Of a stretch of 32,000 nucleotides of DNA, positions 1 through 9,033 are shown in pieces. The notes under the pieces were generated by a model. The model saw only the letters and a program-made list of their open reading frames with translations. It made no database searches and was not told the origin of the DNA. How positions within the stretch are numbered: position 1 is the first letter of the stretch; each line of letters starts with the position of its first letter. The translations under genes were made by a program, and so were the position numbers. This stretch comes from Nostoc sp. PCC 7120 = FACHB-418 (GTDB taxonomy: Bacteria > Cyanobacteriota > Cyanobacteriia > Cyanobacteriales > Nostocaceae): contig NC_003272.1 of assembly GCF_000009705.1 (NCBI RefSeq), positions 3,720,001 to 3,752,000 of the forward strand. The letters run 5' to 3'.

Positions 1-942
1 GTAGTGATTCCAGCTTATAATTCTATGGCTTATCTACCAACAACGCTGGAAACTGTTTTTGCTCAGACGTTCACCGATTTTGAAGTATTAATAATTAATG
101 ACGGTAGTTCTGACAATATTGTTAATTGGGTTTCTAGTCTCGCCGATGCTAGAATCCGCCTCATCACCCAAGAAAACCAAGGTTTAACAGGCGCACACAA
201 TACAGGTGTGATGCAAGCACAAGGTGAATACATAGCATTTTTGGATGCGGATGATCTTTGGGAACCAAGCAAACTAGAAAAGCAAGTATCTTGCCTAGAT
301 AAAAATCCAGAAGTTGGCTTAGTAGATACTTGGGTAATGTTAATTGATGAAACAGGGAAATCTACAGGGACTGTACTGAAAACTAATGCCGAAGGTAATG
401 TTTGGAAACAAATTATTCAATGTCCTACTGTTGTCTGTGGTAGTTCTCCTCTAGTCAGGAACGCTTGTTTTCAAGAGGTAGGTTTATTTGACCCAGAAAT
501 GGGTGGCTCATCCGATTGGGATATGTGGATTCGGATTGCGTCTCGATATAGTTTTGGCCTAATTAAAGAACCATTAACCCTTTATAGACAACATCGTAGC
601 AGTATGTCAAAAAACTGCGAAAGAGTTTTTAGAGAAAATCAATCTGTCATCGAAAAAACCTTTAAATCTGTACCACCAGAACTGCAAAACTTAAAACAAC
701 GTGCCTATGCTTTAGTTTATTTATATCTCGCTTGGAGAGCTTTAGATAATAGAAATTACGAACAAGCTATTTATTATCGTCAACAAGCTTACACCAGCGA
801 CCCTCAAGTTATTTATTCTAAATCTGGTTTGTCTCAAAAATTCGCCATACTGGTAACTCGTTTCTTTGGTGCTTCTGGCTTGGATGGAGTTAGAAATATC
901 AGTCGAGCTTTGCGAAGAAACATCTTAGCATTAATACCTTAA
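1..942 (+). CDS. Glycosyltransferase family 2 (GT-A fold), 5' end at or beyond the window edge
   Basis: ORF 4..942. It has the IPAYN, INDGSSD and DADDLW motifs of GT2 enzymes. By eye, roughly half its residues are shared with the next gene. The paralogues begin MPK(V/I)SV(V/I)IPAYN, so the true start is probably just upstream of the window, or the GTG at 4. Confidence 0.85.
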   Translation, partial: VVIPAYNSMAYLPTTLETVFAQTFTDFEVLIINDGSSDNIVNWVSSLADARIRLITQENQGLTGAHNTGVMQAQGEYIAFLDADDLWEPSKLEKQVSCLDKNPEVGLVDTWVMLIDETGKSTGTVLKTNAEGNVWKQIIQCPTVVCGSSPLVRNACFQEVGLFDPEMGGSSDWDMWIRIASRYSFGLIKEPLTLYRQHRSSMSKNCERVFRENQSVIEKTFKSVPPELQNLKQRAYALVYLYLAWRALDNRNYEQAIYYRQQAYTSDPQVIYSKSGLSQKFAILVTRFFGASGLDGVRNISRALRRNILALIP

Positions 943-981
943 AATCCTGCATAATTCCGCATTGAAATTACCTCCAAACTT

Positions 982-1938
982 ATGCCAAAAGTATCCGTCG
1001 TTATTCCCGCTTATAATGCAATGAAATACCTCCCCGCTACAGTGGAGAGTGTCTTACAACAAAGCTTTACCGATATAGAAATTTTAATTATTAATGATGG
1101 TAGTTCAGACAATATTATTGCCTGGACTGCACAAATCACTGACCCACGAGTGCAAGTGATTTCCCAACAAAATCAAGGCTTATCAGGAGCGCGCAACACG
1201 GGAATTCACCACGCATCGGGAGAATATATAGCCTTTATTGATGCTGATGATTTATGGCTACCAACTAAATTAGAAAAGCAAGTGAAATGTTTAGATAATT
1301 CTCCACAAGCTGGTTTAGTTTATACTTGGACAGCTTGGACTGATGAAACTGGTAAACCTACTGGTGTGATAGTCGCTTCTCATGTCGAAGGGTATGTTTG
1401 GGAACAAATGGTTGTCAATGACAAAATATCTAACGGTAGTTCGGCGATGGTGCGTCGTATTTGTTTTGACAAAGTAGGCTTATTTGACACAGAATTGACC
1501 AGTTCAGAAGACCGTGATATGTGGATTAGGCTGGCGGCTCATTATCACTTTGCGGTTGTCAAGGAACCCCTCACACTCTACCGCCGACATTCACAAAGTA
1601 TGAGCAAAAATCGTCCGAAGATGCTCAAAAATATCCGTCGAGTTTTTGAAAAAACTTTTGCAACAGTTCCAACAGAGCTACTATACTTGCGAAACCGGAG
1701 CTATGGGTGGATAAATTTGTATACAGCTTGGACTTGTATGGATGAAAAGAATTACCAGGAAGCAATCAAATATCGTCGCCAAGCTCTTTTACATTACCCG
1801 CAGATTTTTTTCACAGCCTATTTCTTACGCTTGAGTGTAGCTATTGTGATTATGCAGTTATTAGGCTCTCAAGGCTATGATAACCTGCGATCGCTCATTC
1901 GTAACTTGCGTAGATTGGTTTTAGGTGCTGCAACCTAA
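982..1938 (+). CDS. Glycosyltransferase family 2
   Basis: It starts MPKVSVVIPAYN and has the INDGSSD and DADDLW motifs and an acidic SSEDRDMW region. It is a tandem paralogue of the upstream gene, including the C-terminal roughly 100-aa non-catalytic extension (NYQEAIKYRRQAL). Confidence 0.9.
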   Translation: MPKVSVVIPAYNAMKYLPATVESVLQQSFTDIEILIINDGSSDNIIAWTAQITDPRVQVISQQNQGLSGARNTGIHHASGEYIAFIDADDLWLPTKLEKQVKCLDNSPQAGLVYTWTAWTDETGKPTGVIVASHVEGYVWEQMVVNDKISNGSSAMVRRICFDKVGLFDTELTSSEDRDMWIRLAAHYHFAVVKEPLTLYRRHSQSMSKNRPKMLKNIRRVFEKTFATVPTELLYLRNRSYGWINLYTAWTCMDEKNYQEAIKYRRQALLHYPQIFFTAYFLRLSVAIVIMQLLGSQGYDNLRSLIRNLRRLVLGAAT

Positions 1939-1991
1939 TCTTGCTATTTGTTTATGTATTTATTTCACCTGCTAATATCAACTGGCTGCTC

Positions 1992-3263
1992 ATGTTAATT
2001 AAAAAGATAAAGCAACTATTATCAAGTCAATTTATCCGCAATGTAGGTTGGTTGGGAACAGCAGAGTTGGTAAATCGTATTTTTCGCTTAGGAACAACAG
2101 TAACTCTAGCACGAATGTTTAGTTCCCAGGATTATGGAGCAATGGCGCTCATCTACACAATTTTTGAATTTGCTAATGTCTTCACTCTCAGAGGTGGTAT
2201 CGGTGCCAAGATTATTCAAGCCAATGAGCAGGATCTCAAAATAATATGTAATACTTCATTTTGGCTAAATCTAATTCTAGGAATCTCAGTTTTTTTATGT
2301 CAGTGTATCGCGGCATTTCCCATTGCTCAATTTTATGGCAATCAACAACTAGTCTGGCCTATTTGTACTTTAGCCATTGTATATCTGATATACCCTATCT
2401 TCATGGTTAATTCTGCTCTTATCGAACGCGATAACCATCTGAAGATTACAGCTTTATGTAATGCTATTCAAGCATTTGTGGGTAATGTAATTACAGTGGT
2501 TTTTGCTCTTTTGGGTATGGGTATTTGGGCTATAGTTTTACCTATAGTTTTATCAACTCCAGTTTGGGTTGTTGTCACTTGGATGAATAACTCTTGGCGA
2601 CCTCCGACAAAATTTTCTCTCGATAAATGGCGAGAGGTTACCAGTTTTGGAAAAAATATGCTGGCTGTAGAATTTCTGAATAAAATCAGAAATAATTTAG
2701 ATTATTTAATAGTTGGTAAATTTCTAGGTACAGAACAATTAGGAATTTACTTTTTCGCTTTCAATGCTGGTTCGGGTATTAGTATTAATGTAATTAACAC
2801 ATTTATGTCTGCTTTATTTCCTTATATATGTGCAGTCAGAGAAAATTTAACAGAATTTAAACAAAGATATTTCAATAGTTTAAAGAAGATTTTATCATTT
2901 GTCATCCCAATTATTCTAGCTCAAGCTATTTTAGCCCCTATATATGTGCCGATAGTGTTTGGTGAAAAATGGACGACGGCTGTACCAATTTTGATTTTAA
3001 TTTGTTTATCAGTTATCCCTAGAGTATTTGGATGGGCTAATTCACTTTTACTCAATGCTGTAGATAAAACACATATTAACTTAAATATTAATCTTCTATT
3101 TACTATCTTTTTCGCTGCGGCAGTATTCTTAACAGTTCAGTGGGGAGTGTTTTGGGTAGCTGTAGGTGTTTTGTTATCTCATGTATTGTTCATACCTGTG
3201 TCTGTTTTATGGAGTTATAGGTATATTTTTCACAATCGCACTCGCACTTTGAGCAAGGTTTAG
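1992..3263 (+). CDS. Wzx-type polysaccharide flippase (MOP/PST superfamily)
   Basis: The ORF-track call is 1941..3263 with a TTG start. The first in-frame ATG is at 1992 (MLIKKIKQLL). The protein is hydrophobic throughout, with about 12 helices. The N-terminal NVGWL..LVNRIF..TTVTLARMFSSQDYG pattern is typical of O-antigen/EPS flippases. Confidence 0.8.
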   Translation: MLIKKIKQLLSSQFIRNVGWLGTAELVNRIFRLGTTVTLARMFSSQDYGAMALIYTIFEFANVFTLRGGIGAKIIQANEQDLKIICNTSFWLNLILGISVFLCQCIAAFPIAQFYGNQQLVWPICTLAIVYLIYPIFMVNSALIERDNHLKITALCNAIQAFVGNVITVVFALLGMGIWAIVLPIVLSTPVWVVVTWMNNSWRPPTKFSLDKWREVTSFGKNMLAVEFLNKIRNNLDYLIVGKFLGTEQLGIYFFAFNAGSGISINVINTFMSALFPYICAVRENLTEFKQRYFNSLKKILSFVIPIILAQAILAPIYVPIVFGEKWTTAVPILILICLSVIPRVFGWANSLLLNAVDKTHINLNINLLFTIFFAAAVFLTVQWGVFWVAVGVLLSHVLFIPVSVLWSYRYIFHNRTRTLSKV

Positions 3264-3390
3264 AGAAATGCTTTAAAAGTAATTATTTGAGAGTTATGTA
3301 GCATATTAGGTTTGTGGTGAGCTACTTTTTGAACAAGCTCTTATGTGGTTTTTGATTAGTTAACTTATCTTGCGGAGATTTAAAATAAAT

Positions 3391-4365
3391 ATGCCTAAAA
3401 TATCTGTAATTATTCCCGCCTATAATGCTGAACGCACAATTTTAGAAACGATTAACTCGGTTCTCAATCAAACATTCTCAGATTTAGAAATCATTGTAAT
3501 TAATGATGGTTCTACAGACAGAACAGTAGAAGTTCTACAAAATGTTGACGACGCACGCTTGAAAGTTTACTCATATGAAAATAGTAGAGCTTCTGGCGCT
3601 CGCAATCATGGAATTTCCCATGCAGTAGGAGATTTTATCAGTTTTCTTGATGCTGATGATTTGTGGACACCTGATAAGCTTGAATTACAATTGTCTGCTT
3701 TAAATAATCATCCAGAGGCTGGTGTAGCCTATAGCTGGACTTATACAATTGATGATAAAGGAGAATTATTAAAACCTTTTGAACCTTTGTATGAAGGGAA
3801 TGTATATACTGATTTGTTATTAGCGAATTTTCTAACTAATGGCTCGAATCCTCTAATTCGTAAAGCAGCAATAGCATCGATAGGAGAGTTTGATACTACA
3901 TTAAGGTCAGGTGAAGATTGGGACTATTGGTTACGCTTGGCTTATAAATGGCCTTTTGTTGTAGTCAAACAACATCAAATTCTTTATCGTCGTTCTGTTA
4001 CATCCAAGTCATTCAAATTACAAATAATTCGGGAAGCTAGTTTGGCTATTTTAGATAAGGCGATGAAAGTGCTTCCTTTGGAATTGCAATACCTGAAGAA
4101 ACATAGTTTATCTAATATTTATAGATACAACGTAGAGTTATATCTAGACAGTATCAATAATAATTCAACCGTTGATATTAAGTATGTGATTGGCAATTTG
4201 TTGAGTTATATTCGCTCAAGACCTCAAACTCTCAAGGAGATCTATACATATAAGCTAATCATAAAAATTTTGTTAGTTATAGTACTTTCCCCGAAATTGA
4301 TGAGTCGTTTGTTGCAATTTATCAAAAAAAGTAAGCAGATGAAAAATCTCCAAGTACAGCCGTAG
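3391..4365 (+). CDS. Glycosyltransferase family 2
   Basis: The ORF-track call is 3370..4365. I prefer the ATG at 3391, which gives MPKISVIIPAYN as in the paralogues. It has the INDGSTD, DADDLW and SGEDWDYW motifs. Confidence 0.88.
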   Translation: MPKISVIIPAYNAERTILETINSVLNQTFSDLEIIVINDGSTDRTVEVLQNVDDARLKVYSYENSRASGARNHGISHAVGDFISFLDADDLWTPDKLELQLSALNNHPEAGVAYSWTYTIDDKGELLKPFEPLYEGNVYTDLLLANFLTNGSNPLIRKAAIASIGEFDTTLRSGEDWDYWLRLAYKWPFVVVKQHQILYRRSVTSKSFKLQIIREASLAILDKAMKVLPLELQYLKKHSLSNIYRYNVELYLDSINNNSTVDIKYVIGNLLSYIRSRPQTLKEIYTYKLIIKILLVIVLSPKLMSRLLQFIKKSKQMKNLQVQP

Positions 4366-4430
4366 TGAAACTGATAAACTAGCAAGTTATCAACCATCAG
4401 CAACGGTAACTTTTTAGTAGTTAGCTCAAC

Positions 4431-5480
4431 ATGAAATTTAGCGACATCATATCAAAGCTAGAGGTTACAAACCATAGCCTCACTCAAAACCCAAACAATG
4501 ACCCTGAAATTACAGGGATGGCAGCTATTGATGAAGCCACAAGTGCTAATCTCAGCTATATAGAGGGTGCAAAGTTTGCATCTTTTATCGCTCAGACAAA
4601 TGCTAGTGCTTTGATTTTGCCACAAAATGAAGCGATGCAGGCTCAAGCTCAAGCGCGGGGTATTGTTTGGATGACGACACCAGAACCGCGATTGTTGTTT
4701 GCTAAAGCGATCGCTCTATTCTACCAACCATACACCCCAACCCCAGAAATTCATCCCACAGCCGTCATTCACCCCACAGCCAAAATTGGTAATGATGTTT
4801 ACATCGGCCCCCATGTCGTGATTCAACCAGGGGTAGAAATTGGTAACGGTGTAATTATTCACCCCAATGTAGTCATTTACCCTTATGTAAAAATAGGCGA
4901 TCGCTCCATCTTACACGCTAACTGTACCATCGAAGAACGCAGCCAAATTGGTGCAGATTGCATTATTCACAGTGGCGCTGTCATCGGCGGAGAAGGCTTT
5001 GGTTTTGTTCCTACCCGGACTGGTTGGTACAAAATGGAACAATCAGGCTATGTAGTTTTAGAAGATCGCGTAGATATAGGTTGTAACACTACCATTGATC
5101 GGCCTTCAGTGGGAGAAACTAGAGTGGGATACGATACCAAAATTGATAACTTAGTTCAGATTGCTCATGGTTGCCAGATTGGTGCAGGATGTGCGATCGC
5201 TGCCCAAACTGGTATGGCTGGAGGTGTAAAATTAGGCAAACGCGTGATTTTGGCAGGACAAGTAGGAATTGCAAATCAAGCGAAAATGGGTGACGGCTCG
5301 ACTGCTTCTGCTCAAACAGGTATTCTCCACGATGTTAAACCAGGGGAAGTTGTCTCTGGTACTCCGGCAATTCCTCACAAAATTTATCTTAAAATAGGTG
5401 CTATTTACAGCCGCTTACCAGAGATGTACCAAGCTTTTAGACAATTACAACGTCAATCAGACAAGGAAAGTAAAAGGTAA
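4431..5480 (+). CDS. lpxD: UDP-3-O-acylglucosamine N-acyltransferase
   Basis: An LpxD-type N-terminal domain is followed by a long run of hexapeptide (left-handed beta-helix) repeats, IHPTAVIHPTAKIGNDVYIGPHVVIQPGVEIGNGVIIHPNVVI..., and then GGEGFGF. Confidence 0.88.
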   Translation: MKFSDIISKLEVTNHSLTQNPNNDPEITGMAAIDEATSANLSYIEGAKFASFIAQTNASALILPQNEAMQAQAQARGIVWMTTPEPRLLFAKAIALFYQPYTPTPEIHPTAVIHPTAKIGNDVYIGPHVVIQPGVEIGNGVIIHPNVVIYPYVKIGDRSILHANCTIEERSQIGADCIIHSGAVIGGEGFGFVPTRTGWYKMEQSGYVVLEDRVDIGCNTTIDRPSVGETRVGYDTKIDNLVQIAHGCQIGAGCAIAAQTGMAGGVKLGKRVILAGQVGIANQAKMGDGSTASAQTGILHDVKPGEVVSGTPAIPHKIYLKIGAIYSRLPEMYQAFRQLQRQSDKESKR

Positions 5481-5486
5481 TTAATT

Positions 5487-5535
5487 TGGTAATTGGTAGT
5501 TGGTAGTTGGTAATGGGTGATTGGTAATTGGTAAT
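5487..5535. repeat. STRR heptamer tract, (TTGGTAA/TTGGTAG) x7
   Basis: The seven units read directly are TTGGTAA TTGGTAG TTGGTAG TTGGTAA TGGGTGA TTGGTAA TTGGTAA. The tract lies between the convergent genes lpxD and maf. Confidence 0.9.
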
Positions 5536-5609
5536 TGAGAGGGAAGTGTTACCTATTAGCTATTACCTATTACCAGCACTTGACTTAATAACTGGGTATT
5601 GATTTTAAC

Positions 5610-6203
5610 CTACTTCCAAAAATCAGTGACATCGTAATTTAATTCTTCTAGCATTTGTCGAAGCAGGGGTAAACTCAAGCCAATAACATTGCTGTGACAA
5701 CCGGCGATTTTTTCTATAAATAAACTACCAAAACCTTCTAAGGCAAAAGCACCTGCACACTTGAGGGGTTCACCTGTGGCAACATAGGCTTGAATAGTGC
5801 GATCGCTAATATTAGCAAAGTAAACTTTTGTTACTTGATACTTTACTAAAGTGCGATTTTGTATTTTATCAATTAAAACATGACCTGTGTAGAGGTCGCC
5901 AACCTGACCTCGCATCAATTGCCAACGAGCGATCGCTTCATCCGCATCTATTGGCTTACCGTGAATTTTACCATCAATAGCCAACACCGAATCGCACCCC
6001 ATCACCAACCCTGATGGAAACTGTGGCGCTACCGTTTCCGCCTTACATTGAGCGAGAATTTGCACCAACTTTCCGGGTTCAGTTTCTTGGATTTGCGACT
6101 CATCAAAATCACTAGGGCTAACTATTGGTTCAATACCCACCGTTTGCAGCAAGCGGCGACGCGCCGGAGAAGCAGAAGCTAATATAAATTGCGGAGTTTT
6201 CAT
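5610..6203 (-). CDS. maf: Maf-like nucleoside triphosphate pyrophosphatase (septum formation inhibitor family)
   Basis: The N-terminus [14 protein letters not shown] and the length of 197 aa are typical of the Maf/YhdE family. Confidence 0.88.
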
Positions 6204-6297
6204 AATTCAAAATTAAGAACTCTGAGGACTTGGAAATTGGGTATTGAACAAGGTAAAGAATTCTTCCCAGTCTCCCTTTGGGTACTCTTCCCTTCGG

Positions 6298-6310
6298 GAC
6301 GCTCCGCGAA
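6298..6310 (-). repeat. Small dispersed repeat core TTCGCGGAGCGTC (reverse complement here)
   Basis: The same 13-mer is exact at 12222..12234 and has one mismatch at 17610..17622. All three sites have similar purine-rich flanks. Confidence 0.7.
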
Positions 6311-6361
6311 CGGCGAACGCAGTCGCCTGGGTCAGGTAAACCCTACCAAGAGCGCTGTCTC

Positions 6362-6393
6362 ACCAATCCCCAATCCCTAATCCCCAATCCCCA
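6362..6393. repeat. STRR heptamer tract (CCCCAAT type)
   Basis: The sequence ccaatccccaatccctaatccccaatcccca was read directly. It abuts the stop codon of the PsbP-like gene. Confidence 0.85.
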
Positions 6394-6939
6394 TCAATAC
6401 ACTACAAAAGAGTTCGCTACATCTTCCATCATCCCTTTGACTTTTCGCCAACGTTTTTCAGGAATCGAAGCGTTAAAGGTAAAAAGTTTGCCACGACTAA
6501 CAGCCACACTGGCGATGTTATGTCGTTCTTGCTGATTGGGAAGCTTTACTAAATACTCAAGGTGGTAGTATGTTCTACCTTCTGATTCGTACTCAGAGGC
6601 GTTGACTAGTTCAGCCGAGCGACCAGAATCAGGAGGTGCTAAAGCCGCTTTTCCCAATTTGTAACCTACTTCTGTTGGTGTACCCAGTTCTTGCAAACTT
6701 TTGTCATCGGGAACGGGACTAATGACAACAGATATATTCTCGGAAATTTCAATTAAATCGTGAAACACCACATCAGGGCCGTTAGCAACTTTTACCTGTA
6801 ACCAGCCATTAGGGTATGAAAACTCATAGCCATCAGCAGTGTCTACAAAGCTTTTGAATCCAGCAGCCTCGGCTACATTAGAATTACTCAAGCTAAAACT
6901 CAAGACCAATAGCAACGTCAATACAATTTTTTTCCACAT
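6394..6939 (-). CDS. PsbP-domain protein (PsbP-like/CyanoP family), with a signal peptide
   Basis: The region FVDTADGYEFSYPNGWLQVKV...VVISPV...LGTPTEVG resembles the PsbP fold family. I place the start at the ATG at 6939, giving MWKKIVLTLLLVLSFSLSNSNVAEA as a signal peptide. The 65 extra upstream codons in the ORF-track call (to 7134) are unsupported. Confidence 0.75.
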   Translation of the reverse strand: MWKKIVLTLLLVLSFSLSNSNVAEAAGFKSFVDTADGYEFSYPNGWLQVKVANGPDVVFHDLIEISENISVVISPVPDDKSLQELGTPTEVGYKLGKAALAPPDSGRSAELVNASEYESEGRTYYHLEYLVKLPNQQERHNIASVAVSRGKLFTFNASIPEKRWRKVKGMMEDVANSFVVY

Positions 6940-7150
6940 CTTTACAGATTCCTTTAGGCCGGAAGCAATATGAAGGTAGGTATGATTTCTCATTTTCATT
7001 GTCCCATCAACTGGATCGCTTCGCATGATTAAGAAGGACTGGGAACAAATCAATGCAACATACCCTATAGGTAGGAGATGATTTTGAATTTTGAATTCCC
7101 CAAAGGGTTTGACTGACCACTCACTACCAAGCACTCAACACTTTGATATT

Positions 7151-7774
7151 ATGCTCACAAGTAACGAATTGCGTTGGTTTTATCCTGGTAAGATACCAGA
7201 AGATATAAAAGTTTGGTTTCAGCGTTGCTGTTTAATTGACCAGGAGCAATTACCGGAAACACGAGAAGATATTTATCTCTACGTCCCAGAATCTAATTTT
7301 TTGGGAATCAAACTCCGACATGGTAGCTTGGAAGTGAAATGGCGGACAGCAGAACTGGGTGTAGTAGGTTTTGGGGAACTCGTTGCTGGAAACGCTGAGA
7401 AATGGGCTAAATGGTCTTGTGAAGACCCGACAGGAGAAAGCTTTCATCCTACAACAGTTTTAAGTAAATCTTCTTGGGTAAGGGTAGAGAAAACTCGTTA
7501 TTTACAGTCTTATCAAGTTCTATCTGATTTCTCAGTACAATCAGTTGCTAATGATGAATGTATTGATAGTGCTTGCAGTCTGGAGATTACCCAGTTACTG
7601 ATTCAAAATAATACATGGTGGAGTCTAGCCTTAGAAGCAAATGCTGAGGATCAAAGACTAATGGCAAATCTGCAAGCGACAGCTAAATCAGTATTTAAAA
7701 CTTATCGAGGAGCAAAATTACTAGCTACGAATTCTTATGCTTATCCCTATTGGTTGGGGTTGGTGTGTGGCTAA
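7151..7774 (+). CDS. Hypothetical protein, possibly a CYTH-like beta-barrel
   Basis: The ORF-track call is 7091..7774. The first ATG is at 7151 (MLTSNELRWFYPG). Alternating strand patterns (ELRWF, DIYLY, IKLRHG, LEVKWR, VEKTRY, LEITQL, LALEA) loosely resemble CYTH motifs, but the ExExK catalytic box is not intact. Confidence 0.55.
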   Translation: MLTSNELRWFYPGKIPEDIKVWFQRCCLIDQEQLPETREDIYLYVPESNFLGIKLRHGSLEVKWRTAELGVVGFGELVAGNAEKWAKWSCEDPTGESFHPTTVLSKSSWVRVEKTRYLQSYQVLSDFSVQSVANDECIDSACSLEITQLLIQNNTWWSLALEANAEDQRLMANLQATAKSVFKTYRGAKLLATNSYAYPYWLGLVCG

Positions 7775-7904
7775 TTGATTACTAGAAGCAAAAAAAATCA
7801 CCCTATGGGGTACTAGCCAATTCCAACAATACCGAGTAATTAACTTAGTTAACCAGCAATTATCCAGTTGTAGCATTCTGCACCCTAAAAGTTAGGAGAA
7901 ATAA

Positions 7905-8909
7905 ATGCCCTTAAAGAATTATGGTGTATTAAAAAGTCGTGCGCTAAATCGTAAATTTGGTGAAGGTTCTAGTCCCCATTACCAAATACTTGTAACGGAC
8001 AACAAACAAAAGCACCGGATTGCTATCAACGTCAAATCAAAGCAAAGCCCTTCAGAATTGCTTTATCTTGTGGATGAAAATTTCTCCCATCCCATAACGA
8101 AAGAATTATTAGAGTTAGATTTCGGCTTCTATGAGTTGCCACGCCAACCGGGGGGAATTGCTTTAGACTACATTCGCGGGAATTTGTTTGACCCCAAACA
8201 GATGAAGCCTTTGCCCTATGATGTGCCGGGGCCTAACAATGATCTTAATGAATTGCTGGAATTATACATTGCACGAGCGATCGCTTCCACAGATGCAGTC
8301 CTCTATCCTTTTGGCGAAAGATGGGGGCCCGAAATGGACATCAAAGACAAATATTTCGGGTTTCTTCCAGGGAACGGTATTCATGACATCCACATGAACC
8401 AGGGTAACGCCGCCCAATTTAAAAAAGACAACGGTGTTTGGCAAGATGGCGGACTGCTGATTCACTACCCGACCCGAAATCAATGGGTAGGTATTTTCTT
8501 GGCCTTCCAGTCTCAGACATTCCATACCGACGATATCACCGGCAATAGAATAGACGATATAGACATAATCACACCAACTGTCACAACTGGAGCAGTGCGG
8601 ATTGTGGCTGCACTTGTGAATCCTCCGGGTGAGGATGTAGGAAAAGAGACAGTTACCTTAATTAATATTTCACCCCAGAAAGTAGACTTGGATAGTTGGT
8701 CATTAGCAGATAGAAACAAGCGCAAACAAAGCCTATATGGTGTAATCAATCCAGGTGAAGTTGTCAAAGTACCTATTGATAGTAATAGTATTCAATTAGA
8801 CAACAATGGTAGTATTATCACCCTCCTGGATGAGAAAGGCATCAAGATTGATGGTGTTTCCTACACCAGAACACAGACAGAGAAGCAAGGTTGGACAATT
8901 CTGTTTTGA
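7905..8909 (+). CDS. DUF2278 (YukJ-like) protein fused to a C-terminal lamin-tail-like (LTD) domain
   Basis: An AGGAG RBS lies at 7894..7898. The N-terminus MPLKNYGVLK...HYQI and the motif GIHDIHMNQGN match my memory of DUF2278. The C-terminal VRIVAALVNPPGEDVGKETVTLINIS...DLDSWSLAD is LTD-like. I see no signal peptide. Confidence 0.7.
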   Translation: MPLKNYGVLKSRALNRKFGEGSSPHYQILVTDNKQKHRIAINVKSKQSPSELLYLVDENFSHPITKELLELDFGFYELPRQPGGIALDYIRGNLFDPKQMKPLPYDVPGPNNDLNELLELYIARAIASTDAVLYPFGERWGPEMDIKDKYFGFLPGNGIHDIHMNQGNAAQFKKDNGVWQDGGLLIHYPTRNQWVGIFLAFQSQTFHTDDITGNRIDDIDIITPTVTTGAVRIVAALVNPPGEDVGKETVTLINISPQKVDLDSWSLADRNKRKQSLYGVINPGEVVKVPIDSNSIQLDNNGSIITLLDEKGIKIDGVSYTRTQTEKQGWTILF

Positions 8910-8947
8910 GGGAGTAGAAGAATCAGGCGAAGGGAGAAGAAAACTAT

Positions 8948-8982
8948 TGACAACTAACAACTGACAACTGACTAATGACTAA
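8948..8982. repeat. STRR heptamer tract (TGACAAC/TGACTAA) x5
   Basis: The five units read directly are TGACAAC TAACAAC TGACAAC TGACTAA TGACTAA. Confidence 0.85.
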
Positions 8983-9033
8983 ATTGATAGAATTGGGTTA
9001 GTAGGAATTTGCACAATCTAGCCGACAAAAGTC

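Noticed and set aside
6189-6535. ORFs 6189..6380(+) and 6278..6535(+).
   Set aside because: They lie in the maf/psbP-like spacer across STRR and small-repeat sequence (giving low-complexity PIPNP peptides) and run antisense into the PsbP-like gene. I see no coding support.
6940-7134. A 65-codon N-terminal extension of the PsbP-like ORF.
   Set aside because: The internal ATG at 6939 gives a canonical signal peptide. The extension overlaps the start region of the divergent gene and has no recognisable domain.
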